Part shown: positions 42,181-52,081 of the stretch, one piece after another | Numbering within the stretch: position 1 is the stretch's first letter | Layout of the letters: the number at the start of each line of letters is the position of its first letter | Origin: a virus | Lineage: Duplodnaviria > Caudoviricetes | Length of the DNA stretch: 64,000 nt | Strand: one strand, 5' to 3' | Virus record (IMG/VR): IMGVR_UViG_3300037249_001405 | Location: 128,001 to 192,000 of that record | The notes under the pieces: model-generated | What the model was told of the DNA's origin: nothing | The model's input: the letters and a program-made list of their open reading frames with translations, nothing else | The model's database searches: none | Made by a program: the position numbers and the translations under genes

Positions 42181-42987
42181 TTAACCAACTATAAACTCAT
42201 CCATCCAGTGGAGTTCATTGAGGTATTCGTTTCTTTTAGAAACTAATACGGAATCGTCATCGCTAATATCAATATCAAGATCAAGATTATCAGTATACAG
42301 CACAAAAGTGTCGCCTAATTTAACCTTTTCCAAGGTTTTACTAGATATTTCAGATTCCTCTATTTTATTGAAATAGGTTATATTTAAAAAGAAATCTGGT
42401 TTTGTAGATTCTATACAAATATATCTACCCTCAGTTGATGGCTCCCGATATAATGTTATAAATGTGATCCCAAGTTCCTCCTTACGATCGGTAGAAACCT
42501 CCCAAAGCTGATTATAGACTTTATTAAATCGACCTCTCAATTCACGGTTATATTTCCAACGCTTCTCTAAGTCGTCGTCATATGACCACTTATTCTGGGC
42601 ATTGTGAATATTAGTAACATCATACCAATATTTTTTAGGAATTTTGATAAAATCATTTCCATGCTCATTAACTCCATCAGCTAATTCGAAATACCCTAAT
42701 GTAGCTTCCTTCTTTAGGTTTTCTATCTCTGATTCAGGTATCCAAAAGGTATCATCAGCTTCATCATCGTACTCCTCAGAGTTTGGACATAATTTCGAGA
42801 CTTTATCACTTAACCATTCTGGTATATTAGTGCCTCCATAATACATTACCTCGCCATTATGTTCATCAATTCTAAACCAATTCTCAGGAAGAACCATATA
42901 TGTTTCCCCAAAAACTAATTTACCATTGATACGACGGAATCTATTATCCTCGTTTGTTTTGTCTTTGATTATTGCAAATTCTTTCAT
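42181..42987 (-). CDS. hypothetical protein
   Basis: 268 aa ORF. Confidence 0.75.
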   Translation of the reverse strand: MKEFAIIKDKTNEDNRFRRINGKLVFGETYMVLPENWFRIDEHNGEVMYYGGTNIPEWLSDKVSKLCPNSEEYDDEADDTFWIPESEIENLKKEATLGYFELADGVNEHGNDFIKIPKKYWYDVTNIHNAQNKWSYDDDLEKRWKYNRELRGRFNKVYNQLWEVSTDRKEELGITFITLYREPSTEGRYICIESTKPDFFLNITYFNKIEESEISSKTLEKVKLGDTFVLYTDNLDLDIDISDDDSVLVSKRNEYLNELHWMDEFIVG

Positions 42988-42995
42988 TTTTTTAA

Positions 42996-43769
42996 TTATA
43001 TTTTATTATAAATATTTTCAAAATTATTTAAGCCATTTATAATCTCTGTTTTATCCCTAAAAACGGAGTCAATAGCTTCCTTATAATAACTATCCTTCTT
43101 TAACTCTTCAATCGTCTTTACTAATTTTAAACAATTGAAATTAAAATAAATTTCAAAAGTCATATCAGTAGATTGAGATTGGTAGTCTCTAGGAAGATCA
43201 ATTTTTACTGAATATAGTCCCAATGAAAACGGAAAAGTGAGAGCTATATCTGCTTTTATTTTAAGATAGATATACTCATTTTCCTCATCTATCTCACAAA
43301 AATTAAGATAACCTGTAGTAGGATCAACTACAGAACCACCCTTACCAAAAATCCATCGATAAGGATAAATAGGATCTTCACAATAACCTCCTATTGCGTC
43401 GTCATCTTGACCTACCTGTGCTCCACTAAATGGGAAATCAGGGTCTAGTATTGCTATCTGTTTTTCGGTAAAGTCACCCTGACGATTAAAATACTCATCA
43501 AAGTATTTAACCATTATACGTGGATCTGTACTATTACCGTCCTCATTAATTACTTCCATAATTAACTCAGTTGATTGTGATAATCTCTTACACAAAGGTA
43601 AAGTAGCCACTAAGGCTTTGCCTTTACGTGAGTTACAATCAATTAAATATCTATGAATTTCTGGATGATTTGGAATATCATCAAGGCTTTCTAGATTAAA
43701 TAACTCAGCATAGGCTTCTTGAAAAGCCATCTCAAACTGTTTTGGAATAGCTAATGAATTTTTATCCAT
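42996..43769 (-). CDS. hypothetical protein (tandem paralogue)
   Basis: MDKNSLAIP, GKAL..TLPLCKR, AILDP, RWIF shared with next gene. Confidence 0.8.
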   Translation of the reverse strand: MDKNSLAIPKQFEMAFQEAYAELFNLESLDDIPNHPEIHRYLIDCNSRKGKALVATLPLCKRLSQSTELIMEVINEDGNSTDPRIMVKYFDEYFNRQGDFTEKQIAILDPDFPFSGAQVGQDDDAIGGYCEDPIYPYRWIFGKGGSVVDPTTGYLNFCEIDEENEYIYLKIKADIALTFPFSLGLYSVKIDLPRDYQSQSTDMTFEIYFNFNCLKLVKTIEELKKDSYYKEAIDSVFRDKTEIINGLNNFENIYNKI

Positions 43770-43832
43770 AAATAAAAATAATAAGTGTTTTATTAATTAA
43801 ATCATTATAAATAATGATTTCAGGGAATGTTA

Positions 43833-44570
43833 TTATATGTGATATAACTTATTAAAGTTATTCAAATTAGTATACAATTCTGAAATCCTACTCAATATCG
43901 ATTCTATAGCTTTGTCATCAAATGATTCTTTCTTAAAATCATCTATTGATTTTACAAGATTCAAACTGCTAAAACCAAGTGGTAACTCAATTACGTCAAT
44001 GTTCGGTAAATCTATAGTTACGGGAGTATTTTCAGATATTAACTCTGGAATGATGAAACTAATTAATGGACTTATCTCAAAATGTAGAAGTTTACTATAG
44101 TCATCCACTTCAACGGATTTTACTTTACAGAATATCCATCTCTCACTATAAGGGATATTCTTTCTATTCCAATAATCCCCATCATCACTGGCAATCGCTT
44201 TGTAATACGGATAATTAGGATCTAGGATAGCAACTATTTCTTCATCAGTAACTTTGAATTGATTATTAAAATACTCCTCGAAATACTTGGAAATCAACTC
44301 AAGAGATAAGTCGTCATCTAGACAACATTTACCTCTAAACATGACTAGTAATATCAGATCTACTGAATCATCAAACCTCTTACAAAGAGGTAATGTGTTA
44401 ATAAGAGCCTTTCCTATTGGGTTATTACAGTTTACATTTTCTGCAATAATCCAGCAAGATTGTTGTTTTGGGATATCATCAAGCGTGTCTACTCCATAAA
44501 AAGCTCTGTTAAATGCTGCTTGAAATTCCTTCTCGTATTGAGAAGGAATTCCTAATGAAAATTTATCCAT
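43833..44570 (-). CDS. hypothetical protein (tandem paralogue)
   Basis: MDKFSLGIP, GKAL..TLPLCKR, AILDP, RWIF. Confidence 0.8.
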   Translation of the reverse strand: MDKFSLGIPSQYEKEFQAAFNRAFYGVDTLDDIPKQQSCWIIAENVNCNNPIGKALINTLPLCKRFDDSVDLILLVMFRGKCCLDDDLSLELISKYFEEYFNNQFKVTDEEIVAILDPNYPYYKAIASDDGDYWNRKNIPYSERWIFCKVKSVEVDDYSKLLHFEISPLISFIIPELISENTPVTIDLPNIDVIELPLGFSSLNLVKSIDDFKKESFDDKAIESILSRISELYTNLNNFNKLYHI

Positions 44571-44677
44571 AATAAATAAAGATTAGTGTTTTATTAATTA
44601 AATTATCATAAATAATGATTTCAAGGAAACAAAAAAAAATACACAGAAAACCGTGAAAGTATTCTGTGTATTTTTAA

Positions 44678-45427
44678 TTACCTTTTGACATCATATTCGA
44701 GCCAGAGATAATTATTCTTTAATGGTTTAACTCGAGTTAACTCGAGTACCATTAATTTATTAAGTTCCTTTGAACTTGTTAAGGATTCTCCATCGACTAA
44801 AGTCGGTGTATCCTTACCTCCTACAATCAACGGAGCTATAACAATGCTCACTTTATCAATGAGTTTTTCCCTTACAAACAAAGCGTTCATTGAGCCTCCC
44901 GATTGAAGCGTAAGTCTATCACAACCCCTATCAACGAGATCCTTGAGAACTTTACGAAGATCTAATTGATCGTAGTAAAGAACCTCCAAACCATCAAGAT
45001 TCAATTTTAATGCTGGATGGTTTTTATTGGTAGTTACAATATACAACTTTCCTACCCAATTGCAGAGATTATTCAAACCTTGCTCATTAAGATGAGGTTT
45101 GTTGTCTATTATAACAAACTTGAGAATATCGATTTTATTCCTCTTGAACGAAGAAGAATTTACACCGATTTTCTCCATTACTCTTCCAGTATTAAGTGAC
45201 CATTCATCTGTTTCTTTTTCAAGGTCATAATACTGATAAAGCCCTTCTTTTACTCCAGCAATGCGAGAAAAGTCAGCATCAGCGTCCATATTATCTGAAC
45301 TACCTGAGCTAATTTTTCCGTCAAGTGACTGAAGCAAAAACAAAGTTATAAAAGGCTTTGTTTTTATTTGTTGCCCAAAGTTCTTTTCTACTCCAACGGG
45401 AGTGGCTTTGGGCCGAAAAGTTGCCAT
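44678..45427 (-). CDS. RibD C-terminal / DHFR-like pyrimidine reductase
   Basis: SLDGKI, QSGGSMN..F....LID, IAPLIVGG..TPTL. Confidence 0.85.
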   Translation of the reverse strand: MATFRPKATPVGVEKNFGQQIKTKPFITLFLLQSLDGKISSGSSDNMDADADFSRIAGVKEGLYQYYDLEKETDEWSLNTGRVMEKIGVNSSSFKRNKIDILKFVIIDNKPHLNEQGLNNLCNWVGKLYIVTTNKNHPALKLNLDGLEVLYYDQLDLRKVLKDLVDRGCDRLTLQSGGSMNALFVREKLIDKVSIVIAPLIVGGKDTPTLVDGESLTSSKELNKLMVLELTRVKPLKNNYLWLEYDVKR

Positions 45428-45471
45428 ATAATGTAATACATATTAATTAAATTCATTATTAAGTAATTTGA

Positions 45472-46386
45472 TTACTTTTTATCTTCCTTCGGTCGGGTTT
45501 GTTTCCCCCTAAAGGAAGTTACCGTACTAAAGCCATAAGCGCGGATCTTCTCCACATCAGAAAGAGGTCTTGGTTCAACCTCTTTAGCTTTAGTTAAAAA
45601 TTCAGCTACTCTCTCTGGAATATCCCAGAAAGAATACATGAATTTCGGCGGTAAGGAAAGCTGGATAAAATTGGTTCTATGCTGAACCCGCACCTGCTTT
45701 CCATTTTCATTACCCCACTCCCATGAAGTGTCTAAATTAACTTTGATGTGGGATAATGTAGGATTACACAAGTAGTCCCAGAAACCCAAGTCCGTTACAA
45801 ATAACGGTGCTTGAAGCTGGTCAAACAATGTGTAAACATTACAGAGTTTGAAACACTCCTTTTCAGTGTCAAACTCAAAGCCAAGCTCATCAAGGAGCTT
45901 CGGGTATGCAATATGTCCGTAGATACTTTTGTAAGTATCACAGAAATATTTCCATTCCCATTTGTAGGGATGGCAGTCCCAGTATTTATACCGATCAGCA
46001 TAGAAGGGCCTTTTCTCCTCTTCTTTTTTGCTGGAATAAATACCTAGATCTTTAAGATACTTTACAGGTTTTTTGTAAAGTGTCTTAGACGAATATACCT
46101 CCTTACAAATTAAGTAATCGGTATATGTCGTTACCCCATTATCTCCTATTGGAAGGAAATACAAATCGGGGTAGATTCCTACAACCAACATAGTGTGATT
46201 GTGGAATTCTCTGATAGTTCTATGCTCATCTCTCTTTTGATCATAGATACTATCAATAATCTGCCTCAATTGAGGAGTAAGATTATCTTTTTTAATCTGA
46301 CAATATCTTTTGGTCTGATTATAGACCAAATTGTCAGACGAATCTGGCACAGGATGCCAGAAATCTGAAGCATATTTAACTTCCAT
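45472..46386 (-). CDS. hypothetical protein
   Basis: 304 aa, leader element at 46409-46478. Confidence 0.8.
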   Translation of the reverse strand: MEVKYASDFWHPVPDSSDNLVYNQTKRYCQIKKDNLTPQLRQIIDSIYDQKRDEHRTIREFHNHTMLVVGIYPDLYFLPIGDNGVTTYTDYLICKEVYSSKTLYKKPVKYLKDLGIYSSKKEEEKRPFYADRYKYWDCHPYKWEWKYFCDTYKSIYGHIAYPKLLDELGFEFDTEKECFKLCNVYTLFDQLQAPLFVTDLGFWDYLCNPTLSHIKVNLDTSWEWGNENGKQVRVQHRTNFIQLSLPPKFMYSFWDIPERVAEFLTKAKEVEPRPLSDVEKIRAYGFSTVTSFRGKQTRPKEDKK

Positions 46387-46579
46387 ATTATGTAGTTTTT
46401 TATTAATGTTAATAATCGTGAAAAATAAAAAGAAGATATAAAGTGCACTTATATCTTCTCAATATTAAGAGTTTTAGAGGAATAAAAAAAAAAATAATCC
46501 CAGCTAAATTAATAGTGAGATTATTTTTATATATTGATAGTTATCAGCCTCTGTTATGGCATATCGCTAATAACGTTTT

Positions 46580-47590
46580 TTATGACAATTTCTGGTAGTC
46601 GTGAGCGTCCTGTGAAGAGGCGAAGACATTAATCTTGTCATCGACAAGAAACATCTTCATCTCAGCGTTGAGGTCTTCATTATAGCAGGATCCAGACCAC
46701 TCCTGGTATACACCGACTGTGCAACCATTATGTGTTCCGGCCGCCATGAAGAACACGACGTTACCATTGAGAATAGTATAGTACTTTTCTCCGAATACCA
46801 TGCTATTCTTGTCAAGAACAAGGCTATCCTTGTCCACCTTGGAAAGCCTTTCAGCTTCCTTGGCTTCATAGGCCTTGATCCTTTTCTGACGCTCTGCCTC
46901 TAAGGCCTCATCCTCAGCGCGCTTTGCAGCGGCGCGTTTGGCTTGTATGGCCGACCAAGCGTCATTTGATAATTTCCTTAACTCATCGAAATTACCTTCA
47001 TTCACCTGTGCGGCGAATTTCTCAGCAATTTCTTTTGAATTAAAGAATATGCACGGCTTAGAGTAGTCCTCCAAGAAGTACACACCCTCACCGTTGGTGA
47101 AGATATTATCCTTGCGAATGTACTCATCAGTGCAGTATGTTGCATTTCCGGATGCAATATGATCTACGGATGTGCAACGAACGCAGTCATAAGCCTTGGT
47201 AGGCTCCACAACCACGGGTTTTTTATTATCCCTGCGGGAGAGATAATAAAAGTCTCCTTCGAGAGAGTATTCCTTCTCCTCGAAGTAATTGGATGCTCGA
47301 TCTGCCCAACGAAGAAGTTGAGCCCTAGAAAACATCCTCTTGTGATTTGCGCGGGCATCCTCCGGCTTTTGATAGCCAAAGTTGTCACAGTCGCAAGTCA
47401 CTGCGAATCCTTTTGGACGATTCTTGTAGATATCATCCACGAAGGATCTGAAATCAGCCTCGTGCTGTTCGCGGCTGATTGCTTCCATTTTACGATCCGC
47501 ACGGATGTAAAACGGAAAAGGACGATTTTCTTTTTCGAAGAAAATCGGAAACATCCTGTGTTCTACAGGACTAACCATCGTTACTTTCAT
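46580..47590 (-). CDS. hypothetical protein
   Basis: 336 aa, GC-richer codons. Confidence 0.8.
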   Translation of the reverse strand: MKVTMVSPVEHRMFPIFFEKENRPFPFYIRADRKMEAISREQHEADFRSFVDDIYKNRPKGFAVTCDCDNFGYQKPEDARANHKRMFSRAQLLRWADRASNYFEEKEYSLEGDFYYLSRRDNKKPVVVEPTKAYDCVRCTSVDHIASGNATYCTDEYIRKDNIFTNGEGVYFLEDYSKPCIFFNSKEIAEKFAAQVNEGNFDELRKLSNDAWSAIQAKRAAAKRAEDEALEAERQKRIKAYEAKEAERLSKVDKDSLVLDKNSMVFGEKYYTILNGNVVFFMAAGTHNGCTVGVYQEWSGSCYNEDLNAEMKMFLVDDKINVFASSQDAHDYQKLS

Positions 47591-47674
47591 AACGCAAACT
47601 TCTTATTAAACTGCCATTTCTGACAGACCCCCTACAGAATACTAACACTTGGAGGTTTTAATTTTATTTTTAAA

Positions 47675-48580
47675 TAAAAAAAAATGGGTCGCTTTGCAAC
47701 TGCTGCAACAGTATCGACCCACTGCCCTACCTTACGTCCACCACGTTAATTGCAGTTTCGTGGTGAGCCTGTAAGGTACAGTTCGAGGTAAAATCTAAAA
47801 ACCCTCGCATATATCTTGATTGCTTAGCAACCGAAGTTGCTTTTGTAGCCGTATTTTACCGAAGTATGGGACAGTCCTACCAACCCTACAATCAAGATAT
47901 ATTTTTAGTGAGTTACCCTAACTCCTGCACCCCGTGCAGTGTGTTAGTATGTTTTACGTTGCCCGCTCTCGACAACAACCCCCCTTTCACATTTAGGACT
48001 GGGGCTAATCCCGCTTTCATGACAAGAATTAAACTTTCTCAATATTGAGGTTTGTTCTCTTGCCACTATTGCAGTGGAGGTCTATCTTTTTACGAAAGAC
48101 AGACAAAAAACGTTTTCCTAAAAATATTTGCAAACGACCCAAGAAAGGCATTTCAGCCAATCAAAGTTTGGTGCGCCGACCAAGTGGGGGGACCCACTGA
48201 GGGACTCGAACTCCTCTACACCTTACACGTTTACAATATTTCCGAGGAGAATTATAGGTGGTTTAACCCATTTTAAAACCACTTTTATCTACTCAGATTT
48301 ATCCGCGCTTTACGCGGCCTTACTTTTCGGGGCTATAATTCTCTAGGAAAAACAGGCCTATGTTACGTACTCCTCACCTGAATTCCGGTATTTTCGACTT
48401 ACGAACAACCTCTTATATAAGAGGTAACCGGTAACCATTTCTTCCTCATGGACAAACTATCTAGTTTCTACCAGCAATATCCGTTTTCCTCTACTCGTAA
48501 TAACCAAATGTTTGGAAAGAACTCCTTTTTCGCCAACGGAAGCGTTAACTAGTTCTTTTTAAGCGTTTAAATTATATTTT
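47675..48580 (-). ncRNA. large (~0.9 kb) structured non-coding RNA
   Basis: no credible ORF; promoter motif at 48580-48600; more than 15 helices incl. two C(UUCG)G loops and G.U pairs on - strand; terminal hairpin + U-tract at 47675-47721. Confidence 0.75.
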
Positions 48581-48619
48581 ACTACATTTAAGGGTTTCAG
48601 AATTTCAAATAAGGTATTT

Positions 48620-49177
48620 TCATTCTGGCAATTTTACGAGAAAAATATGAAAAGTTACCTCAGGTCTAGTAAGAGCAAAGAACCAATCTTTGAAATCAGG
48701 TCTGTGATTTTGTTTTTCTTCTTTTTCCTCTACAATAAACCCTTCTTCTTTCAATATTTTCATTCTATCCTCTAGCATCTCATCTGAAATAATAATCGCC
48801 TGAGTAAGATTCCAATCAGTAATATCTAAATCTACCTTAGTAGTCCGGAGCAAATTATATCCACGAAGATACATTCTACCCTTTTCATAGAAAAAATTTG
48901 CTGTATTGATAAAGTCATCAACAGTAAGGTTTAAATTATACATTGTGGTTCCTTTATCGCGAACGTATTTATCTAGTAAATCCCCAATGGGTAGATTATG
49001 TAACTCTCTCAATAGAATAATTCGTCTATTACCTCTAAGATCGTATATCTTAGCCTCATGTTCGTCTTTCTGTCTTATAATCTTTCCTATATAATCTAAA
49101 AACAATTTTCTAGGTTGATGAATATGAAACTCATCCTCTTTTTCCTTAAGTTCTTTCTTTATTTCTTCTGCTAACAT
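48620..49177 (-). CDS. hypothetical protein
   Basis: start MLAEE at 49177 preferred. Confidence 0.7.
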   Translation of the reverse strand: MLAEEIKKELKEKEDEFHIHQPRKLFLDYIGKIIRQKDEHEAKIYDLRGNRRIILLRELHNLPIGDLLDKYVRDKGTTMYNLNLTVDDFINTANFFYEKGRMYLRGYNLLRTTKVDLDITDWNLTQAIIISDEMLEDRMKILKEEGFIVEEKEEKQNHRPDFKDWFFALTRPEVTFHIFLVKLPE

Positions 49178-49293
49178 AATATTTTTGTGTTTATTAATTA
49201 TACTCAATGATTAGATTAATAGAAGATTAAACGTGAGATTTTAATAATTTAAAACTCTAATAAATAAAGTTTAACTAGATAAAAACATTAATT

Positions 49294-49635
49294 ATGCTTA
49301 CAAAAGATGAATTTACTCAAGCGGTAATTGACAAGTCCTACGATTACTACTACGTAGACCACCCATACTCAAGGTGGGGACAGGCTATTTTCAACTCCAT
49401 GGAAGAGTTATTCGGATCAAAGATTTCCAGAACATCACAATTTGTTTATCGAGTTGATTGTTATTACCACGATGACAAAGTAGAAGACTTTCTCGACAAG
49501 TGCTACGATCTGTATGTAATTGACCAGAAAAAGCCAATTGATTACCAGAAAGTACTTAATTGGCGGAATACATCGCACGGAGAGAACAGAGAGAATTCAC
49601 GTTTGGAACTTATTAAATCAATAGAATGTGAATAA
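49294..49635 (+). CDS. hypothetical protein
   Basis: 113 aa, overlaps the helicase start. Confidence 0.7.
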   Translation: MLTKDEFTQAVIDKSYDYYYVDHPYSRWGQAIFNSMEELFGSKISRTSQFVYRVDCYYHDDKVEDFLDKCYDLYVIDQKKPIDYQKVLNWRNTSHGENRENSRLELIKSIECE

Positions 49636-51574
49636 GACAATACTGGATGTACCAGCTGGTGTCAGGTACATCTCTGATTGGGTAGATTTCGATCTACCCA
49701 ATTTTCCAGTAATTATAAATAAACAATTGCCTGGTTGTGGATTTACAGATTTTTGTATAAAGAATAAAAAGAACGTAATTCTTTGTAGTCCAAGGAAATT
49801 CCTATTGGAAAACAAGGCAGAACAGCATCCTAATCATGTTCTCTATATTAATCCTTCTTTAATTGGGTTAGAGAATCAGGAAGTTGATATGCTAGAAAGA
49901 ATTCCTCCAGAATATCCTACAATGATTCAACTTGGTAATCTACAGACACTAATTTATAATTACTTGGTAAAATGTAGAAAAAATCATAAATTTGCTAAAA
50001 TACTCGTTACATACGATTCATTTAAATACGTAAAACAGGTCTTAGCAAGTTTAAAAGAGAATCCAGATAATTATTATATTGTTGTTGATGAGTTTCAATC
50101 AGTATTTACTGACTCATCCTTCAAACCTGATACAGAATTGGAATTTATAAATGAGTTAAGGGGAATTAATAATGTCTGTTTTGTATCCGCTACTCCAATG
50201 ATGGAGGAGTATTTGGATAAAGTTGATATGTTTAGTGGCTTACCTTATTATGCTCTTGATTGGGAAAAGTTACAACCAATGAGAGTTAATAGACCGTGTA
50301 TCGCTACACACCCTGTTAGTTCTGTTATATCAGCAGGAGTTCATATCATAAATAAATTAAAATCAGGACAATTTGAAGAGGTTTATACAGGAGACGATCA
50401 AAATCCAACTCTTGTCAAAGCCAAAGAGGTTGTTATATATGTTAATTCTGTCGCTAATATTATTAAATTAATAAAGAAAACAGGATTAAAACCGGATGAA
50501 GTTAATATTCTCTGCGCAAGAACGAAACGTAATGAGGATATTCTTCAAAAGAATCTATCTGGCTGGTATAAAATTGGTCATATACCTTTGAAAGGTGAAT
50601 CAAGAAAAATGTTTACATTCTGTACAAGAACTACTTATTTTGGTGCAGATTTTTATTCAGATTGTGCTAAAACAGTTATTCTATCTGACGCTAACGTCGG
50701 TTGTACAGCTGTAGATATAGCTCTTGATATACCCCAGATTATGGGTAGACAAAGAATGAAAGAGAATCCTTGGAGAAATTTAGCGGATCTCTATTATGTT
50801 AAATCCCATAAAAAGTATACAGAAAAACAAATCAATGAAAAGGTTGATGAGAAAATAAAACAATCAAACCTCATTATTGATTCTTATAACAGTATTCATA
50901 ATCCGAATGCTGATATTGAGAATTATTTAAAAGATTTGATTAAAATTTCTGTATCCGCTAATGCGTATAAAAAAGATTATGTCGGATTGCAAGAGAATGA
51001 AGATGGCTCGGTTGATGTTATTTTCAATAATCTCGCTATGTATGCCGAACTTAGATCTTATAGTGTCGTTTTATCAGATTACACTAGCCCATTACAATTT
51101 TCAGAGGCTAATTTAACAGCTCATATTTCTAAAGTACCAGAGTTAATGACTAAATTAAGTCAAACTTCATACTTCGAAGATAAGTTAAAATTAGTTTGTG
51201 AATATAAATCTCAATTAACTGATCTTGAATGGAATGATGTGCTTGCGCACATTCCTGCTAGAATAACTAGTATAATAAAACAAGTCGGTGTAGATTTATG
51301 CACACAATGTGGTTATCGTGTAACTAGAATAAAAGAAGTAGCTGTCTTGAAAGACAGCAGAGATGTAATTGTAGATAAAATCAGAAATATGGTAAAACCA
51401 GGTGATGATTTTACTACATCTCAAGTAAAAGATATGCTTAAGAAAATTTATGATGAATTAAGTATCGTAAAAGATCCTAAAGCAGGCGATTTTGTTGAGT
51501 ATTTAAACGGAAAAGTTAGGGTTTATCGTAAACAAAATAATGGTAATCGGGAGATACGTTATAAAATACTTTAA
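49628..51574 (+). CDS. superfamily 2 helicase-like protein
   Basis: PGCGFT (variant Walker A), SPR, DEFQ, SATP, YVNS, GADF, QIMGRQR. Confidence 0.8.
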   Translation: MNKTILDVPAGVRYISDWVDFDLPNFPVIINKQLPGCGFTDFCIKNKKNVILCSPRKFLLENKAEQHPNHVLYINPSLIGLENQEVDMLERIPPEYPTMIQLGNLQTLIYNYLVKCRKNHKFAKILVTYDSFKYVKQVLASLKENPDNYYIVVDEFQSVFTDSSFKPDTELEFINELRGINNVCFVSATPMMEEYLDKVDMFSGLPYYALDWEKLQPMRVNRPCIATHPVSSVISAGVHIINKLKSGQFEEVYTGDDQNPTLVKAKEVVIYVNSVANIIKLIKKTGLKPDEVNILCARTKRNEDILQKNLSGWYKIGHIPLKGESRKMFTFCTRTTYFGADFYSDCAKTVILSDANVGCTAVDIALDIPQIMGRQRMKENPWRNLADLYYVKSHKKYTEKQINEKVDEKIKQSNLIIDSYNSIHNPNADIENYLKDLIKISVSANAYKKDYVGLQENEDGSVDVIFNNLAMYAELRSYSVVLSDYTSPLQFSEANLTAHISKVPELMTKLSQTSYFEDKLKLVCEYKSQLTDLEWNDVLAHIPARITSIIKQVGVDLCTQCGYRVTRIKEVAVLKDSRDVIVDKIRNMVKPGDDFTTSQVKDMLKKIYDELSIVKDPKAGDFVEYLNGKVRVYRKQNNGNREIRYKIL

Positions 51575-52040
51575 GTAAATTGGAATAATCTATTGAGTCT
51601 TAACGACTTAGTAGATTATTTCTTTTTCTTTCGAAAAGTTTCATTCGGGTCCGTACGTAAATGGTGGTAACTCTATATATTATATATTTATTATAAACGA
51701 AAAATTTTTATATTTTATATAAGGGAAGAAAAAAATCTTGAAAATCTCAGCCAAAAAAAAAGCCATTTCTGCCCTACAGGCTATTGTAGAGGGGGTAGTA
51801 AAAATTCTCTTTCGCAAATTTTGCTTAATTTTTTAAAATTTTAGCCAAAAAAATGTCCACTTTTTCTTTCCACCTACCCCAACCAACCAAATAAGTGTAT
51901 TCGGTCTTTCATCCCTCATACACTTATCCGCCTTCGGCGGAAAGAGTTATAAATCAGTATAATATTATTTCAAGTTAGAGAGTTTTTTATAGAATTATCC
52001 TTACGCCCGGAGCCAAATGAAACTTCTCAGATTCTTAGTT
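51575..52040. other. non-coding region with AT-rich tract, imperfect direct repeats and hairpins (possible origin or helicase-associated element)
   Basis: repeats 51741-51770 and 51835-51867; hairpins 51891-51927 and 51927-51941. Confidence 0.35.
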
Positions 52041-52081
52041 ATGAATTATGTAACTCATTAATTTATAATAAATTAACAAAA

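Noticed and set aside
48170-48222. Two-piece permuted tmRNA
   Set aside because: The acceptor-like stem lacks G3.U70 and a GGGG start, the linker is only 4 nt, and no tag frame was identified.
47866-48346. Three short plus-strand ORFs
   Set aside because: Short, overlapping, atypical composition, and antisense to the structured RNA with its promoter and terminator.
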